A model generated the notes under the pieces. The model was not told where the DNA came from, searched no databases, and saw only the letters and a program-made list of their open reading frames with translations. A stretch of DNA of 64,000 nt from Dehalococcoidia bacterium (GTDB lineage: Bacteria > Chloroflexota > Dehalococcoidia > GIF9 > UBA5629), in NCBI GenBank assembly GCA_050011565.1, contig JBEKIW010000001.1, forward strand, positions 352,001 through 416,000, read 5' to 3'. Below, in pieces: positions 38,008-47,870 of this stretch (positions within the stretch are counted from its first letter, which is position 1; each line of letters begins with the position of its first letter). A program made the translations under genes and the position numbers.

Positions 38008-41000
38008 ATGAAAGATGCGGATAAGGACATAGGACAGCTAATCGATGAGCTGGCGCAATTGCGCCAGCGAATTGCCGAACTGGAAGCCTCAGAAGCCGAG
38101 CGTAAACGGGTCGAGGAGGTGCTGCGGATATCTGAGGCTAGATATCGGGCACTCATAGACAATGCCAATGAAATAATAGTCGTTGTCCAGGATAACATAT
38201 CCAAGTTCAGCAACCTCAAAGCCGTCGAGGTTACCGGCTATTCTCAAGAGGAATTAACATCAAGACCTTTCGTGGAGTTTATCCACCCGGATGACCGCCA
38301 GATAGCAATTGAGAATTATTCCAGAAGGTTGATAGGCGATGAGTCTACCCAGGTGGCACCTGTCAGGATTTTAGACAAACTTGGAAAGGTAAGGTGGATG
38401 GACTTCTCCTGGTCTACATTGACCTGGGAAGGGAGACCAGCTCTTCTGTATTTGATTAATGATATCACCGAGTGGAAGAAAGTTGAAGAAGCCCTGGCGG
38501 AAAGCGAGGCGAAATACAGAGAGCTTGCTGAAAGCATCACCGACATCTTCTTTGCTCTGGATGAAGATTTGAGGTATATCTATTGGAATAAAGCCAGTGA
38601 GGAACTAACTGGCGTCTTGGCTAAAGATGCGCTGGGGAAACATCTCTACGACCTTTTCCCGGATACGGAAGCTACTAGAAGAGCTCAGAGTGCCTACCGA
38701 AGAGCGCTGACAACTAAAAAACCTCAACATCTAATCAATAACTTTCCTATCGACGGTAGGGATTTAGTTTTTGAAATCAACGCCTACCCTACGACAAACG
38801 GTCTTTGCGTTTACGTTAGGGATATAACCGAGCGCAAAAAGTTAGAGGAAGCTTTGAGAGAGAGCGAGCAGTGGTATCGCCTTATCTTTGATAATGCGCC
38901 AATTGGAATTGGCTTTACCTCTCTCGAGGGGAAGGTGATAACTCTTAACAAGGCTATGGAGTCCATTACCGGATATTCGGCTGAGGAGTTCAATAGGATT
39001 AATGTGGCCGATATGTACGTAGATAAGGCAGATAGAGAGGTGTTGCTACAAGAACTCAGCCAACTTGGTACTGTTATTGATTATTCAATACGACTAAAGC
39101 GTAAAGATGGCACCCAATACTATGCACTTATAACCTGCAAACTGGCCCCTATTGGGGATAAGAAGTTTGTTCAGACGATATTGCATGATGTCACCGAGCG
39201 CAAGCGGGCAGAGGAGGCACTGCGCGAAAGCGAGGAGCGCTATCGCTCTCTGGTAGAGCTGTCTCCCGAAGCCATTTTTGTTGCCAGCGAAGGCAAACAT
39301 GTCTTTATAAATAGTGCCGGGCTGAAGTTATTTGGCGCTTCGAGCGCTGACCAAATCATTGGGAAACCTTTAATGGACTTCATCCACCCCAACTATCGCG
39401 AAATCGTCGCCCAGAGAATACATAACGCACTGGAAACGGGGATGGCATCTCCCACTGTTGAAGAAAAGTTCCTTCGGCTTGATGGCACAGAGATTGATGT
39501 TGAGGTGAGGGCGGCTCCTTTAATTTACCAGGGCAAGCCGGCAATGCAAGCTGTCGTCCGTGACATCTCTGAGCGCAAACAGGCTGAGGAATCGCTGCGC
39601 CTCTCGGAGCAAAACTTCCGCGATTCGATAGAAAACTCGCCTTTAGGCATACGCATTGTCAATGAAGATGGGAAGACTCTTTACGCCAATCGGGCTTTTC
39701 TGGGTATATATGGCTACAGTAGTTTTAAGCAACTGGAAGCTGTGCCTAGAAAACAGCGTTACACACCTGAGAGCTATGCTGAGCACAGGAAAAGGGTAGG
39801 GGACAGGAAAATGGGGAAACATGTCCCCACTAATTATGAAATCGGCATTGTGCGTAAAGATGGTCAAGTTCGACATCTAGCAGTGTCCCGCGGGGAAGTG
39901 CTGTGGAATGGCCAAAGGCAATTCCAGGTGATTTATCAGGATATCACCGAGCGCAAGCAGGCGGAGGAGACGCTGCGGCAGAGGGAAGAACATTTCCGGG
40001 CGCTTATTGAAAATTCATCAGATCTCATTACTATTGTTGATTCACTTGGAGCTGTGCAGTACCAGAGTCCCAACTACCAAACTATCTGGGGACATGATCC
40101 AGCTGAGGAAGTAGGCAGAGATATGTTCAAGGATGTTCATCCCGATGACATGGCTCTTGTCAGCGAAAAATTTAAGTATCTTTTGATGAACCCCGCTAGT
40201 TCAACCCACGTTGAGGTAAGAGCACAGCATGGAGATGGGTCATGGCGTACTATTGATGTGGTCGGGCGCAACCTTCTTGATCATCCCGCTGTACGTGGCG
40301 TTGTCGTGAATTTCCGCGATATAACCGAGCGTAAGCTGGCGGAGGAGGCGCTGCGGGAGAGTGAAGTACATTATCGGCTGCTGGCGGAAAACGTGAGAGA
40401 TGTCATATGGGCTACGGACATGGATTTGCGGTTTACCTATGTCAGCCCGTCCATTAAATATCTCGGAGACCGTACCGCCGAGGAGGTTATATCCCTGTCA
40501 ATAGGGCAACTTCTGACGCCCTCTTCGCAAGAGTTGGCCATTAAGATTCTTGCTGAGGAACTGGCCATAGCAAACACCACGCCGCAAGACCTGACCCGGT
40601 CGCGGACACTTGAAGTTGAGTTTCTTCGCCGTGATGGTTCCACCTTATGGGCAGAGCTGAAGATGAATTTCATACGTGGCCTGGATAATCGGCCTGTAGG
40701 TCTATTGGGAGTCATGCGGGACATCAGTGAACGGAAAAAGGCAGAAGAAGAGAGGAGAGAATTTGAGCAAAAGGCTCAGCTTGCCAGCCGCCTGGCTTCT
40801 GTTGGCGAGTTAGCCGCCGGCGTTGCCCACGAGATAAATAACCCGCTGACGGGTGTTATCGGTTATGCCGAATTGCTGATGCAGGAGGACGTTCCAGAGC
40901 ATATTAAAAGCGATTTAGAGGTTATTCATAGTGGGGCGAAGCGAGTGGCTGATATCGTGAAGGGGCTGCTCAAATTCGCCCGCCAGACCAAGCCGGAGCG

Positions 41001-41949
41001 AACTGTTGTTGATATTAACCAGGTTATAGAAGTTTGCTTACGTCTGCGGGCCTATGAAACGGAGACGAGCAACATAAAAGTTACTACCAAGCTTGCTCCT
41101 GACCTGCCTTTGACCATTGCCGACCCCGGCCAGCTTCAGCAGGTGTTCCTCAATTTGCTCATAAACGCTGAGACGGAGATGAAATTAGCTCACGGTAAGG
41201 GGAGACTGACAATCAAGACGCAACGTGCAGATAATAATATCCGGATATGCTTCAAAGATGATGGGCCGGGGATAGCTAAGGAGAACCTGGAAAAGATATT
41301 TGACCCCTTCTTTACCACCAGGGAGGTAGGTAAGGGGACCGGGCTTGGTTTAAGCATCTGCCATGGAATGATAACCGAGCACGAAGGCAGGATATGGGCT
41401 GAAAGCAAGCCGGGTAAGGGGGCTACCTTCATCGTAGAATTGCCAGTAGTTGCTGAGAAAAGACGCCCAACCAGGCGGCTAAAAGCAACACCTAAAACAA
41501 AAGCAGCGGCCAGAACCAAAATACTGGTAGTTGATGATGAGCCGGTGGTAAGGCGGTTGTTAAGCCAAATTTTGGAGGAAGAAGGCTATAAGGTAGAGAC
41601 CACGGACGATGGCAGGGATGCATTGAACAAAATTAAGAGCCACAGGTATAGCCTCATCATGCTGGATGTAAAATTGCCAGGCATGAGTGGCAGCCAGCTC
41701 TATGCCCATATTCGTGAGATTGGGTTGTCGTTAGCAAAGCGAGTGGTCTTCATCACCGGCGATGTCATGGGCGCAGACACCGAAGCTTTTCTGGCCAAGG
41801 CAGGAGCACCATTTATTACCAAGCCATTTGAGGTTGGGCAGTTGAAAGCAGAGATAAGAAGCCTGTTAGTTCCGTCCCGCCCGAAGGGCACCGCTAAATC
41901 AAACTTCAAGTCAAAAATCAGAAGCCAAAAGGCAAAAGCTAAAATTTAG
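38008..41949 (+). CDS. Cytoplasmic hybrid sensor histidine kinase: 7 PAS domains + HisKA + HATPase + receiver
   Basis: Seven D(I/V)(T/S)E(R/W)K linkers, H-box AHEINNPL, QVFLNLL.NA, DDGPGI, FDPFFTT, GTGLGL, and receiver LVVDDE...LDVKLP...KPF. No TM helix. Confidence 0.93.
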   Translation: MKDADKDIGQLIDELAQLRQRIAELEASEAERKRVEEVLRISEARYRALIDNANEIIVVVQDNISKFSNLKAVEVTGYSQEELTSRPFVEFIHPDDRQIAIENYSRRLIGDESTQVAPVRILDKLGKVRWMDFSWSTLTWEGRPALLYLINDITEWKKVEEALAESEAKYRELAESITDIFFALDEDLRYIYWNKASEELTGVLAKDALGKHLYDLFPDTEATRRAQSAYRRALTTKKPQHLINNFPIDGRDLVFEINAYPTTNGLCVYVRDITERKKLEEALRESEQWYRLIFDNAPIGIGFTSLEGKVITLNKAMESITGYSAEEFNRINVADMYVDKADREVLLQELSQLGTVIDYSIRLKRKDGTQYYALITCKLAPIGDKKFVQTILHDVTERKRAEEALRESEERYRSLVELSPEAIFVASEGKHVFINSAGLKLFGASSADQIIGKPLMDFIHPNYREIVAQRIHNALETGMASPTVEEKFLRLDGTEIDVEVRAAPLIYQGKPAMQAVVRDISERKQAEESLRLSEQNFRDSIENSPLGIRIVNEDGKTLYANRAFLGIYGYSSFKQLEAVPRKQRYTPESYAEHRKRVGDRKMGKHVPTNYEIGIVRKDGQVRHLAVSRGEVLWNGQRQFQVIYQDITERKQAEETLRQREEHFRALIENSSDLITIVDSLGAVQYQSPNYQTIWGHDPAEEVGRDMFKDVHPDDMALVSEKFKYLLMNPASSTHVEVRAQHGDGSWRTIDVVGRNLLDHPAVRGVVVNFRDITERKLAEEALRESEVHYRLLAENVRDVIWATDMDLRFTYVSPSIKYLGDRTAEEVISLSIGQLLTPSSQELAIKILAEELAIANTTPQDLTRSRTLEVEFLRRDGSTLWAELKMNFIRGLDNRPVGLLGVMRDISERKKAEEERREFEQKAQLASRLASVGELAAGVAHEINNPLTGVIGYAELLMQEDVPEHIKSDLEVIHSGAKRVADIVKGLLKFARQTKPERTVVDINQVIEVCLRLRAYETETSNIKVTTKLAPDLPLTIADPGQLQQVFLNLLINAETEMKLAHGKGRLTIKTQRADNNIRICFKDDGPGIAKENLEKIFDPFFTTREVGKGTGLGLSICHGMITEHEGRIWAESKPGKGATFIVELPVVAEKRRPTRRLKATPKTKAAARTKILVVDDEPVVRRLLSQILEEEGYKVETTDDGRDALNKIKSHRYSLIMLDVKLPGMSGSQLYAHIREIGLSLAKRVVFITGDVMGADTEAFLAKAGAPFITKPFEVGQLKAEIRSLLVPSRPKGTAKSNFKSKIRSQKAKAKI

Positions 41950-41985
41950 ATTTGGGTACTTGTATTTGTTTGGAATTTGGTACTT
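41896..41985 (+). repeat. Heptamer-periodic repeat tract (right copy), overlapping both convergent stop codons
   Basis: gtcaaaa/atcagaa/gccaaaa/ggcaaaa/gctaaaa, then ATTTGG-type units. Confidence 0.55.
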
Positions 41986-43391
41986 TTTAAATAGGCGTCT
42001 ATAGAGGTAACCGCTCGTTTTCCGGCACCCATGGCGCTGATAACGGTGGCAGAACCGGTGACGACATCACCACCCGCCCAGACCCCGTCTTTTACCGTCT
42101 TTCCGGTTTCCTCATCAGCCACTACAGTACCGTTTTTTCCAGTTTCCAGCCCTTTTGTGGTTGACGGAATGAGAGGATTGGGGGTAGTCCCGAGTGCCAC
42201 GATGGCAACATCAGATTCTATAATGAACTCGCTGCCCTCTTTTATGATGGGGCGGCGTCTACCGCTGGCATCAGATTCCCCAAGTTCCATCTCGTAGCAC
42301 TCAACCGCTGAAATCCAGCCCTCATCATTACCTATAAACCGTTTCGGGTTTACGAGGAACTTGAAGATAATCCCTTCTTCCTCAGCGTTTTCCACTTCCT
42401 CACGTCGTGCCGGCATCTCGACTCTGGAGCGACGATACAGAATGTAAACCTCATCGGCTCCAAGTCTCAGAGCACAACGAGCGGCATCCATGGCTACATT
42501 GCCACCGCCTATTACAGCTACCTTCTTTCCTATCTTTATCGGTGTATCATATTCAGGGAAGAGATAGGCTTTCATCAGGTTCACGCGTGTCAGGAACTCG
42601 TTGGCTGTGAATACTCCATTGAGGTTCTCACCGGGTATATTGAGCAGCATGGGCAGACCTGCGCCGGTACCCAGGAAGACCGCTTCATAGCCGCTGTCTA
42701 ATAATTCATCCACGGTGGCTAGTTTGCCCATCACTGAATCGAGCTTGATCTCCACGCCCAGTGACTTGACATAATCGACCTCTTCGTTGACAATGGCCTT
42801 GGGCAACCTGAACTCGGGGATACCGTATGTCAACACACCGCCGGCGACGTGGCTTGATTCGAAAATAGTTACCTGGTGACCCAGCCTGGCTAAATCGGCG
42901 GCACAGGTGAGTCCGGCAGGGCCAGAACCGATGACAGCCACTTTTTTACCCGTTGGCGGTGGCGGGTTTGGGGACGAAGTCTTTTCGGCTTTGTGTTCCC
43001 GTTCCCAATCTGCCACATATCTTTCCAGGCGGCCGATAGCAATCGGCGCTTTCTTTTTAGCCAGAGTGCAGACCTCCTCGCATTGTGACTCCTGAGGGCA
43101 GACGCGACCGCAGACGCCGGGCAGCGCGTTTTTGCTTTTTAGTATCCGAACTGCCTCAGGCATATTATTATCCCGAATTGCCTTAATGAAATCGGGGATG
43201 TCTACATTTACCGGACAGCCGCTGATGCAGGGATGCTTAGGGCATTGAATACATCTGACCGCTTCCTGGAGCGCCATATCCCACGTATAACCTTGTGCCA
43301 CTTCGTTAAAGTTTCTAGCCCTTACCTTCGGCTCCTGGCGGGGCATAGCCACTCTATTCAAATCAAGCTTTGGTTTGACTTTTTCTTCCAC
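41946..43391 (-). CDS. nfnB: NfnB/GltD-like flavoprotein (large subunit of the electron-bifurcating transhydrogenase NfnAB)
   Basis: NFNEV..GY, EA.RC.QC...PC..GCPV, CGRVCPQE.QCE, GSGPAG, VIGGGNVAMD, YRRS, GGDVVTG. Adjacent to nfnA, with no gltB nearby. GTG start at 43391. Confidence 0.9.
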   Translation of the reverse strand: MEEKVKPKLDLNRVAMPRQEPKVRARNFNEVAQGYTWDMALQEAVRCIQCPKHPCISGCPVNVDIPDFIKAIRDNNMPEAVRILKSKNALPGVCGRVCPQESQCEEVCTLAKKKAPIAIGRLERYVADWEREHKAEKTSSPNPPPPTGKKVAVIGSGPAGLTCAADLARLGHQVTIFESSHVAGGVLTYGIPEFRLPKAIVNEEVDYVKSLGVEIKLDSVMGKLATVDELLDSGYEAVFLGTGAGLPMLLNIPGENLNGVFTANEFLTRVNLMKAYLFPEYDTPIKIGKKVAVIGGGNVAMDAARCALRLGADEVYILYRRSRVEMPARREEVENAEEEGIIFKFLVNPKRFIGNDEGWISAVECYEMELGESDASGRRRPIIKEGSEFIIESDVAIVALGTTPNPLIPSTTKGLETGKNGTVVADEETGKTVKDGVWAGGDVVTGSATVISAMGAGKRAVTSIDAYLKSTKFQTNTSTQI

Positions 43392-43393
43392 GC

Positions 43394-44236
43394 TTATTCT
43401 CCGGTCTGACCGTGGCGGGCTTTCCACAATTCAAGCGAGCGTTTTTCTTCATCGCAAAATATTCGCTGGCGTTTAAACAACAGGTCCCAATCGACGTGGT
43501 GCCCGTCGAATTCGGGCCCGTTGACACAGACAAACTTGGTAACTCCGTCTATGGAGACGCGGCAGCAGCCGCACATGCCGGTGCCATCGACCATAATGGC
43601 GTTGAGACTAACGATGGTGGTGACACCAAAAGGCTTGGTGGTTAAAGAGCAGAATTTCATCATTACCGCCGGGCCAATGGCGATAACACGGCTGATTCGC
43701 TTGCCTCGTTCCAGCACTTCCTTCAGTGGGCCAGTCACCAAGCCCTTTCGAGCGTAGGAGCCATCATCAGTGGTAATTATCAGTTCGTCGCTAACGCTTT
43801 GTAGCCGGTCTTCCCAGAAGAGAAGGTCTTTGCTTCGGGCACCCATTATGGTGATAACCTCATTTCCCGCTTGTTTAAGGGCTCTGGCTACGGGAAATAC
43901 CGGGGCCACGCCCACGCCCCCGCCAACGCAGACTACGGTGCCGAAATTCTCTATCTCCGAGGGCAATCCTAAAGGACCGCTCAAGTCCAGTATATAGTCG
44001 CCAGCATTTAGAGCAGCGAATTTATAGGTAGTGGTTCCCACTCGCATTGCCACCAGGCTGAGGGTTCCTTCTTTCTCGTCCCAATCAGCTAAGGTAAGTG
44101 GAATGCGTTCGCCAACCTCATCAACACGGATAACTACGAATTGGCCTGCTTTAGCCTTTTTGGCTACGGCAGGCGCCTCGACTTTGACGAAGTCAATTAC
44201 AGGACATAGCTTTTCTTTAGCCACAATCTTAAACAT
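43394..44236 (-). CDS. nfnA: NfnA (PyrK/sulfide dehydrogenase-like FAD/NAD subunit with [2Fe-2S])
   Basis: AGQFV..R...GERIPLT, GPLG, GGGVG, TDDGS, MVDGTGMCGCCRV, CV.GPEF. Confidence 0.9.
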   Translation of the reverse strand: MFKIVAKEKLCPVIDFVKVEAPAVAKKAKAGQFVVIRVDEVGERIPLTLADWDEKEGTLSLVAMRVGTTTYKFAALNAGDYILDLSGPLGLPSEIENFGTVVCVGGGVGVAPVFPVARALKQAGNEVITIMGARSKDLLFWEDRLQSVSDELIITTDDGSYARKGLVTGPLKEVLERGKRISRVIAIGPAVMMKFCSLTTKPFGVTTIVSLNAIMVDGTGMCGCCRVSIDGVTKFVCVNGPEFDGHHVDWDLLFKRQRIFCDEEKRSLELWKARHGQTGE

Positions 44237-44270
44237 AAATGCCCCCAATGAGACTGATTTGTCTCTTTGT

Positions 44271-45995
44271 CTAAGAACGCACCAAGGTCTTGATAGCCTT
44301 GCCTTCCGGGCCGGCCATCATGCGGGCCACAGAAAATCTGAGGTCACAGCCCATGCACCGCTTTGCCTCTTCTTGTCCCAGGTCGTCGCTGAAACCGAGT
44401 TCCACCTGGTTAAAGTTACGAATCTGCTTAGCTGGCTTCGCTGCCGGCATCTCTTGCCGCCGCCGTTGAGCGAAGTTATCAATTCTACCCACACGCGGTA
44501 CGCCCTCGGTTATTGGCGCTAGAACCTCGCTTATATTTCCGCTGCTGCCTAAATACCGGTCGATAGAGACGGCTGCTTGTCTACCCGCTGCCACAGCTTC
44601 AATAAATGATACTTTTCCGGTAAACGCATTACCGCCGGTAAAGACGCCTTTTCTACCTTTTCCCCCAGCTACTTCTGTGGTTTCCTCCGTGACGCCGGTA
44701 GCCAGAAGAACAGCGTCGAAGCCTTTCTCAAATAACTTATCAATAGATACTACTTTCGATTGAGTCTTTATTTTAATACCCAGCTTTAACAAGCCTTCTA
44801 TCTCAGCATTCAGGATATCGCTAGGCAGAACATATTCAGGTATTTCTCGCATCATGCCACCAGGCTGACTAAGACTCTCAAACACAGTCACGTCATGTCC
44901 GCCCTTTTTGGCCAGGTAATAAGCTGCGGTAAGTCCTGCGGGCCCTGAGCCGACGATAGCTATCTTTTTGCCTGATGGCGCAACTCTTGAGCCATCTAAG
45001 GGTTCGTACTTACCGGAGCGTTCGACGGCGAAGCGCTCCAAGTCTCTAATGGCAACAGGCTGGTCGAGGTCGCCGCGGCGGCAGGCACCTTCACTTTCGC
45101 AAGGATGCTCACAAATCAGGCTGCAGACAGCCGCAAATGGGACACTCTCGCGAATAACAGCGACCGCCTCCGCATATTTTTTTCCTCTGATGAAGCGTAT
45201 GAAGCGGGGCACATCCATCCTGGCGGGACAGTTATATTTGCAACGAACAGAAAGAGCTTCACGCTCATCCCCTCGATTCCATTTATCGCCGCGGTCCATA
45301 AGTGCGCCTGTAGGACATACCTCTACACAGGAGCCGCAGAACGTACATCCTGACTCGATAAGAGGTTTACCGAAGGCGCCGCCGATATAGGTCCTGGCTC
45401 CCCGCAGATTGAAGGCAATAGCTTCAAAGCCCAATATCTCCTGGTCGACTCTAATACAGCGACCGCACAGAATACAAAGGTTGTTGTTGCGCACGATGAA
45501 AGGATTCTCCATTTCCACGGGCAGTCCTTTGGAAGTATAGGGGAAGGGCATTGTTTCGAGGCCAATGAAATCAGCCACTTTCTGGAGTTCACAGTGTCTA
45601 TTTTTGGGGCAGGTGACACAACGTTCGGTTACTGCTACATTACGCAGGCAAATATCGAACGGCTGGCAGCGCTCCTTTCGCCAGCAAGTGAGACATTCGT
45701 GTGGATGTCTGGCCAGCATTATTTCGAGAATTTCTCGGCGCAGGCAGTTGACTTCAGGCGTATTGCTATGAACCACCATACCATCGGCTGCCGGCTCACT
45801 GCATGCGGTAATAGTGCCCCGTCTGCCTTCTATTTGGACCTGGCAGAGCCGGCAAGCCCCGAAAGGCAGCTTAATGTCTCGTAATACGCAAAGGTTAGGT
45901 ATATAAATACCGGCATCCAGCGCCGCTTCCAGAATCCTTTTGCCTCTGGTAGTCTTAACCTGTATACCGTCTATAGTTAAATTTATCGTATCCAT
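44271..45995 (-). CDS. Hybrid Fe-S flavoprotein: NuoG/HydA-like N-terminus + GltD-like FAD domain lacking the NAD(P)-binding domain
   Basis: [2Fe-2S] (C..GACRLC...AC), His-ligated cluster motif, 2x[4Fe-4S], C..NCP...C..IC.HPCE, GSGPAG, C-terminal EAKRCMGCD. Confidence 0.8.
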   Translation of the reverse strand: MDTINLTIDGIQVKTTRGKRILEAALDAGIYIPNLCVLRDIKLPFGACRLCQVQIEGRRGTITACSEPAADGMVVHSNTPEVNCLRREILEIMLARHPHECLTCWRKERCQPFDICLRNVAVTERCVTCPKNRHCELQKVADFIGLETMPFPYTSKGLPVEMENPFIVRNNNLCILCGRCIRVDQEILGFEAIAFNLRGARTYIGGAFGKPLIESGCTFCGSCVEVCPTGALMDRGDKWNRGDEREALSVRCKYNCPARMDVPRFIRFIRGKKYAEAVAVIRESVPFAAVCSLICEHPCESEGACRRGDLDQPVAIRDLERFAVERSGKYEPLDGSRVAPSGKKIAIVGSGPAGLTAAYYLAKKGGHDVTVFESLSQPGGMMREIPEYVLPSDILNAEIEGLLKLGIKIKTQSKVVSIDKLFEKGFDAVLLATGVTEETTEVAGGKGRKGVFTGGNAFTGKVSFIEAVAAGRQAAVSIDRYLGSSGNISEVLAPITEGVPRVGRIDNFAQRRRQEMPAAKPAKQIRNFNQVELGFSDDLGQEEAKRCMGCDLRFSVARMMAGPEGKAIKTLVRS

Positions 45996-46013
45996 TGTTT
46001 ACCGTCACTTCTA

Positions 46014-47870
46014 CTATGTGCCGACCGGTACCGGCTCTTTAGGCACCGTAATATGTTCTCCAGTCACCTTAACTACGGCGCTGAAGCGGTCGGGGCACTT
46101 CTCGAGGCAAGTGGCGCATTTGATGCATTTTTCCTGGTCGATGACATGTATCATTCTCTTGCCGCCGCTGATCGCCTCGACGGGGCAAGCCCTGGCACAG
46201 ATACCACAGCCAGCACATTTATCGGGCAGTATATAAAAGTTTATAAGAGACCGGCATACCAGTGCCGGACATATTTTATCAATGACATGAGCCTTCCACT
46301 CGTCCTCAAAATAGCGAATACTCGATAGCACCGGGTTGGGTGCAGTGGTTCCCAGCCCGCAGAGGGAGCCGCTACGTATTGTCCCGCCCAAATTAATCAG
46401 GCGCTTGATATCATCCGGCTCTCCTTCACCTTGAGTTATTTTCTTCATGATGTCAATCATCAAGGGCAGCCCTTCACGGCATGGTACACACTTACCGCAG
46501 GATTCGTTGGAACAGAACTTGAGGAAGAATTGTGCCAGGTCTACCATGCAGGTGTCCGTGTCCATTACGACCATGCCACCGGACCCCATCATAGAGCCGG
46601 CTTGAGTTAACGATTCGAAGTCGATAGGTAGGTCTAATAAAGTCTCCGGTAAACAACCGCCTGAGGGGCCACCTGTTTGGACTGCTTTGAATTTTTTACC
46701 CTCCTGGACGCCGCCTCCGATATCGAAGACGACCTCGCGGAGAATGGTTCCCATTGGTACTTCGATCAAACCGCTATTAGCTATCTTCCCCGTAATGGCA
46801 AAAACGGCGGTTCCTTTGCTGCCCTCGGTGCCTATGCTTCTGAACCAGTCGGCCCCTCTATTTATAATAAGAGGCACAGTGGCGTATGTTTTGACATTAT
46901 TCAGAGAAGTGGGTTTGCTCCAGAGTCCTGAGGCTACCGACCGCGGAGGTCTTACCCGTGGCATTCCTCTTTTGCCTTCTATTGAGTACATAAGGGCACT
47001 ACCTTCGCCACAGACAAAGGCACCGGCACCCTGCATTATCTCGACATCGAAGCTGAACTCGCCGCCCATGATATTGCTTCCCATCAGCTTTTGCTCTTTG
47101 GCCTGCACTATAGCCATACGCAACCGTTTCACCGCCAGGGGATACTCTGCACGAACGTATATATAACCGTAGGGCGTGCCGATGGCATAGCCGGCGATAG
47201 CCATTCCTTCGAGAACAGAATGAGGGTCGGCTTCCAGGACTGAGCGGTCCATGAAGGCACCCGGGTCACCTTCATCGCCATTGCAAACCACATATTTTGG
47301 CTGCTCTTTTGCTTTATACGCCTCCTCCCATTTTTTTCCTGTTGGGAATCCGGCGCCACCTCTACCCCGCAGTCCCGAACGGGTAATCTCCTCGATAATT
47401 TGTGGGGGCTTCATTTCGAATATGGCTTTTTTAAGTGCCGCGTAGCCACCAGTAGCCAGATAGTCGTCAATTTTTTCCGGGTTGATATGCCCGCAGTTGC
47501 GCAATATGAGGCGTTGTTGTCGGCTGTAAAATGGAACATCCTTATACAGGGAAATAGCTTCGCCTGTGACAGGGTTATGATAAAACAATCGTTCTACGTA
47601 TTTTCCGTCTACAATGTGGGATTTCAGGATTTCCGGCACATCTTCTTCTTTAACCTGGGTATAAAAGACACCCTCAGGCTCTACGATTACAATGGGGCCT
47701 TGCTGACAAAAACCGTGACAGCCGGTAAATTTTACCTGGACATTTTTTGACAGCTCTAGCTGCTTAATCTGGGTCTCAAGCGCCTGAGTAATTTTGTCAG
47801 ATTTAGAAGATTCACAGCCTGTTGACTGGCAAACCAGGATTTTATACTCATTATTCAGTCGCGTTTCCAT
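46014..47870 (-). CDS. nuoF: NuoF/HydB-like diaphorase subunit (copy 2)
   Basis: N-terminal 2Fe-2S (C..TGC...GCHGFC), GLRGRGGAGFP, DEGDPGAFMDR, GGPSGG, ESCGKC.PCR, C-terminal 2x[4Fe-4S]. Confidence 0.92.
   Translation of the reverse strand: METRLNNEYKILVCQSTGCESSKSDKITQALETQIKQLELSKNVQVKFTGCHGFCQQGPIVIVEPEGVFYTQVKEEDVPEILKSHIVDGKYVERLFYHNPVTGEAISLYKDVPFYSRQQRLILRNCGHINPEKIDDYLATGGYAALKKAIFEMKPPQIIEEITRSGLRGRGGAGFPTGKKWEEAYKAKEQPKYVVCNGDEGDPGAFMDRSVLEADPHSVLEGMAIAGYAIGTPYGYIYVRAEYPLAVKRLRMAIVQAKEQKLMGSNIMGGEFSFDVEIMQGAGAFVCGEGSALMYSIEGKRGMPRVRPPRSVASGLWSKPTSLNNVKTYATVPLIINRGADWFRSIGTEGSKGTAVFAITGKIANSGLIEVPMGTILREVVFDIGGGVQEGKKFKAVQTGGPSGGCLPETLLDLPIDFESLTQAGSMMGSGGMVVMDTDTCMVDLAQFFLKFCSNESCGKCVPCREGLPLMIDIMKKITQGEGEPDDIKRLINLGGTIRSGSLCGLGTTAPNPVLSSIRYFEDEWKAHVIDKICPALVCRSLINFYILPDKCAGCGICARACPVEAISGGKRMIHVIDQEKCIKCATCLEKCPDRFSAVVKVTGEHITVPKEPVPVGT

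Noticed and set aside
41946-43391. True glutamate synthase small subunit
   Set aside because: No gltB nearby and it is directly coupled to an NfnA-like gene, so NfnB is the better call.
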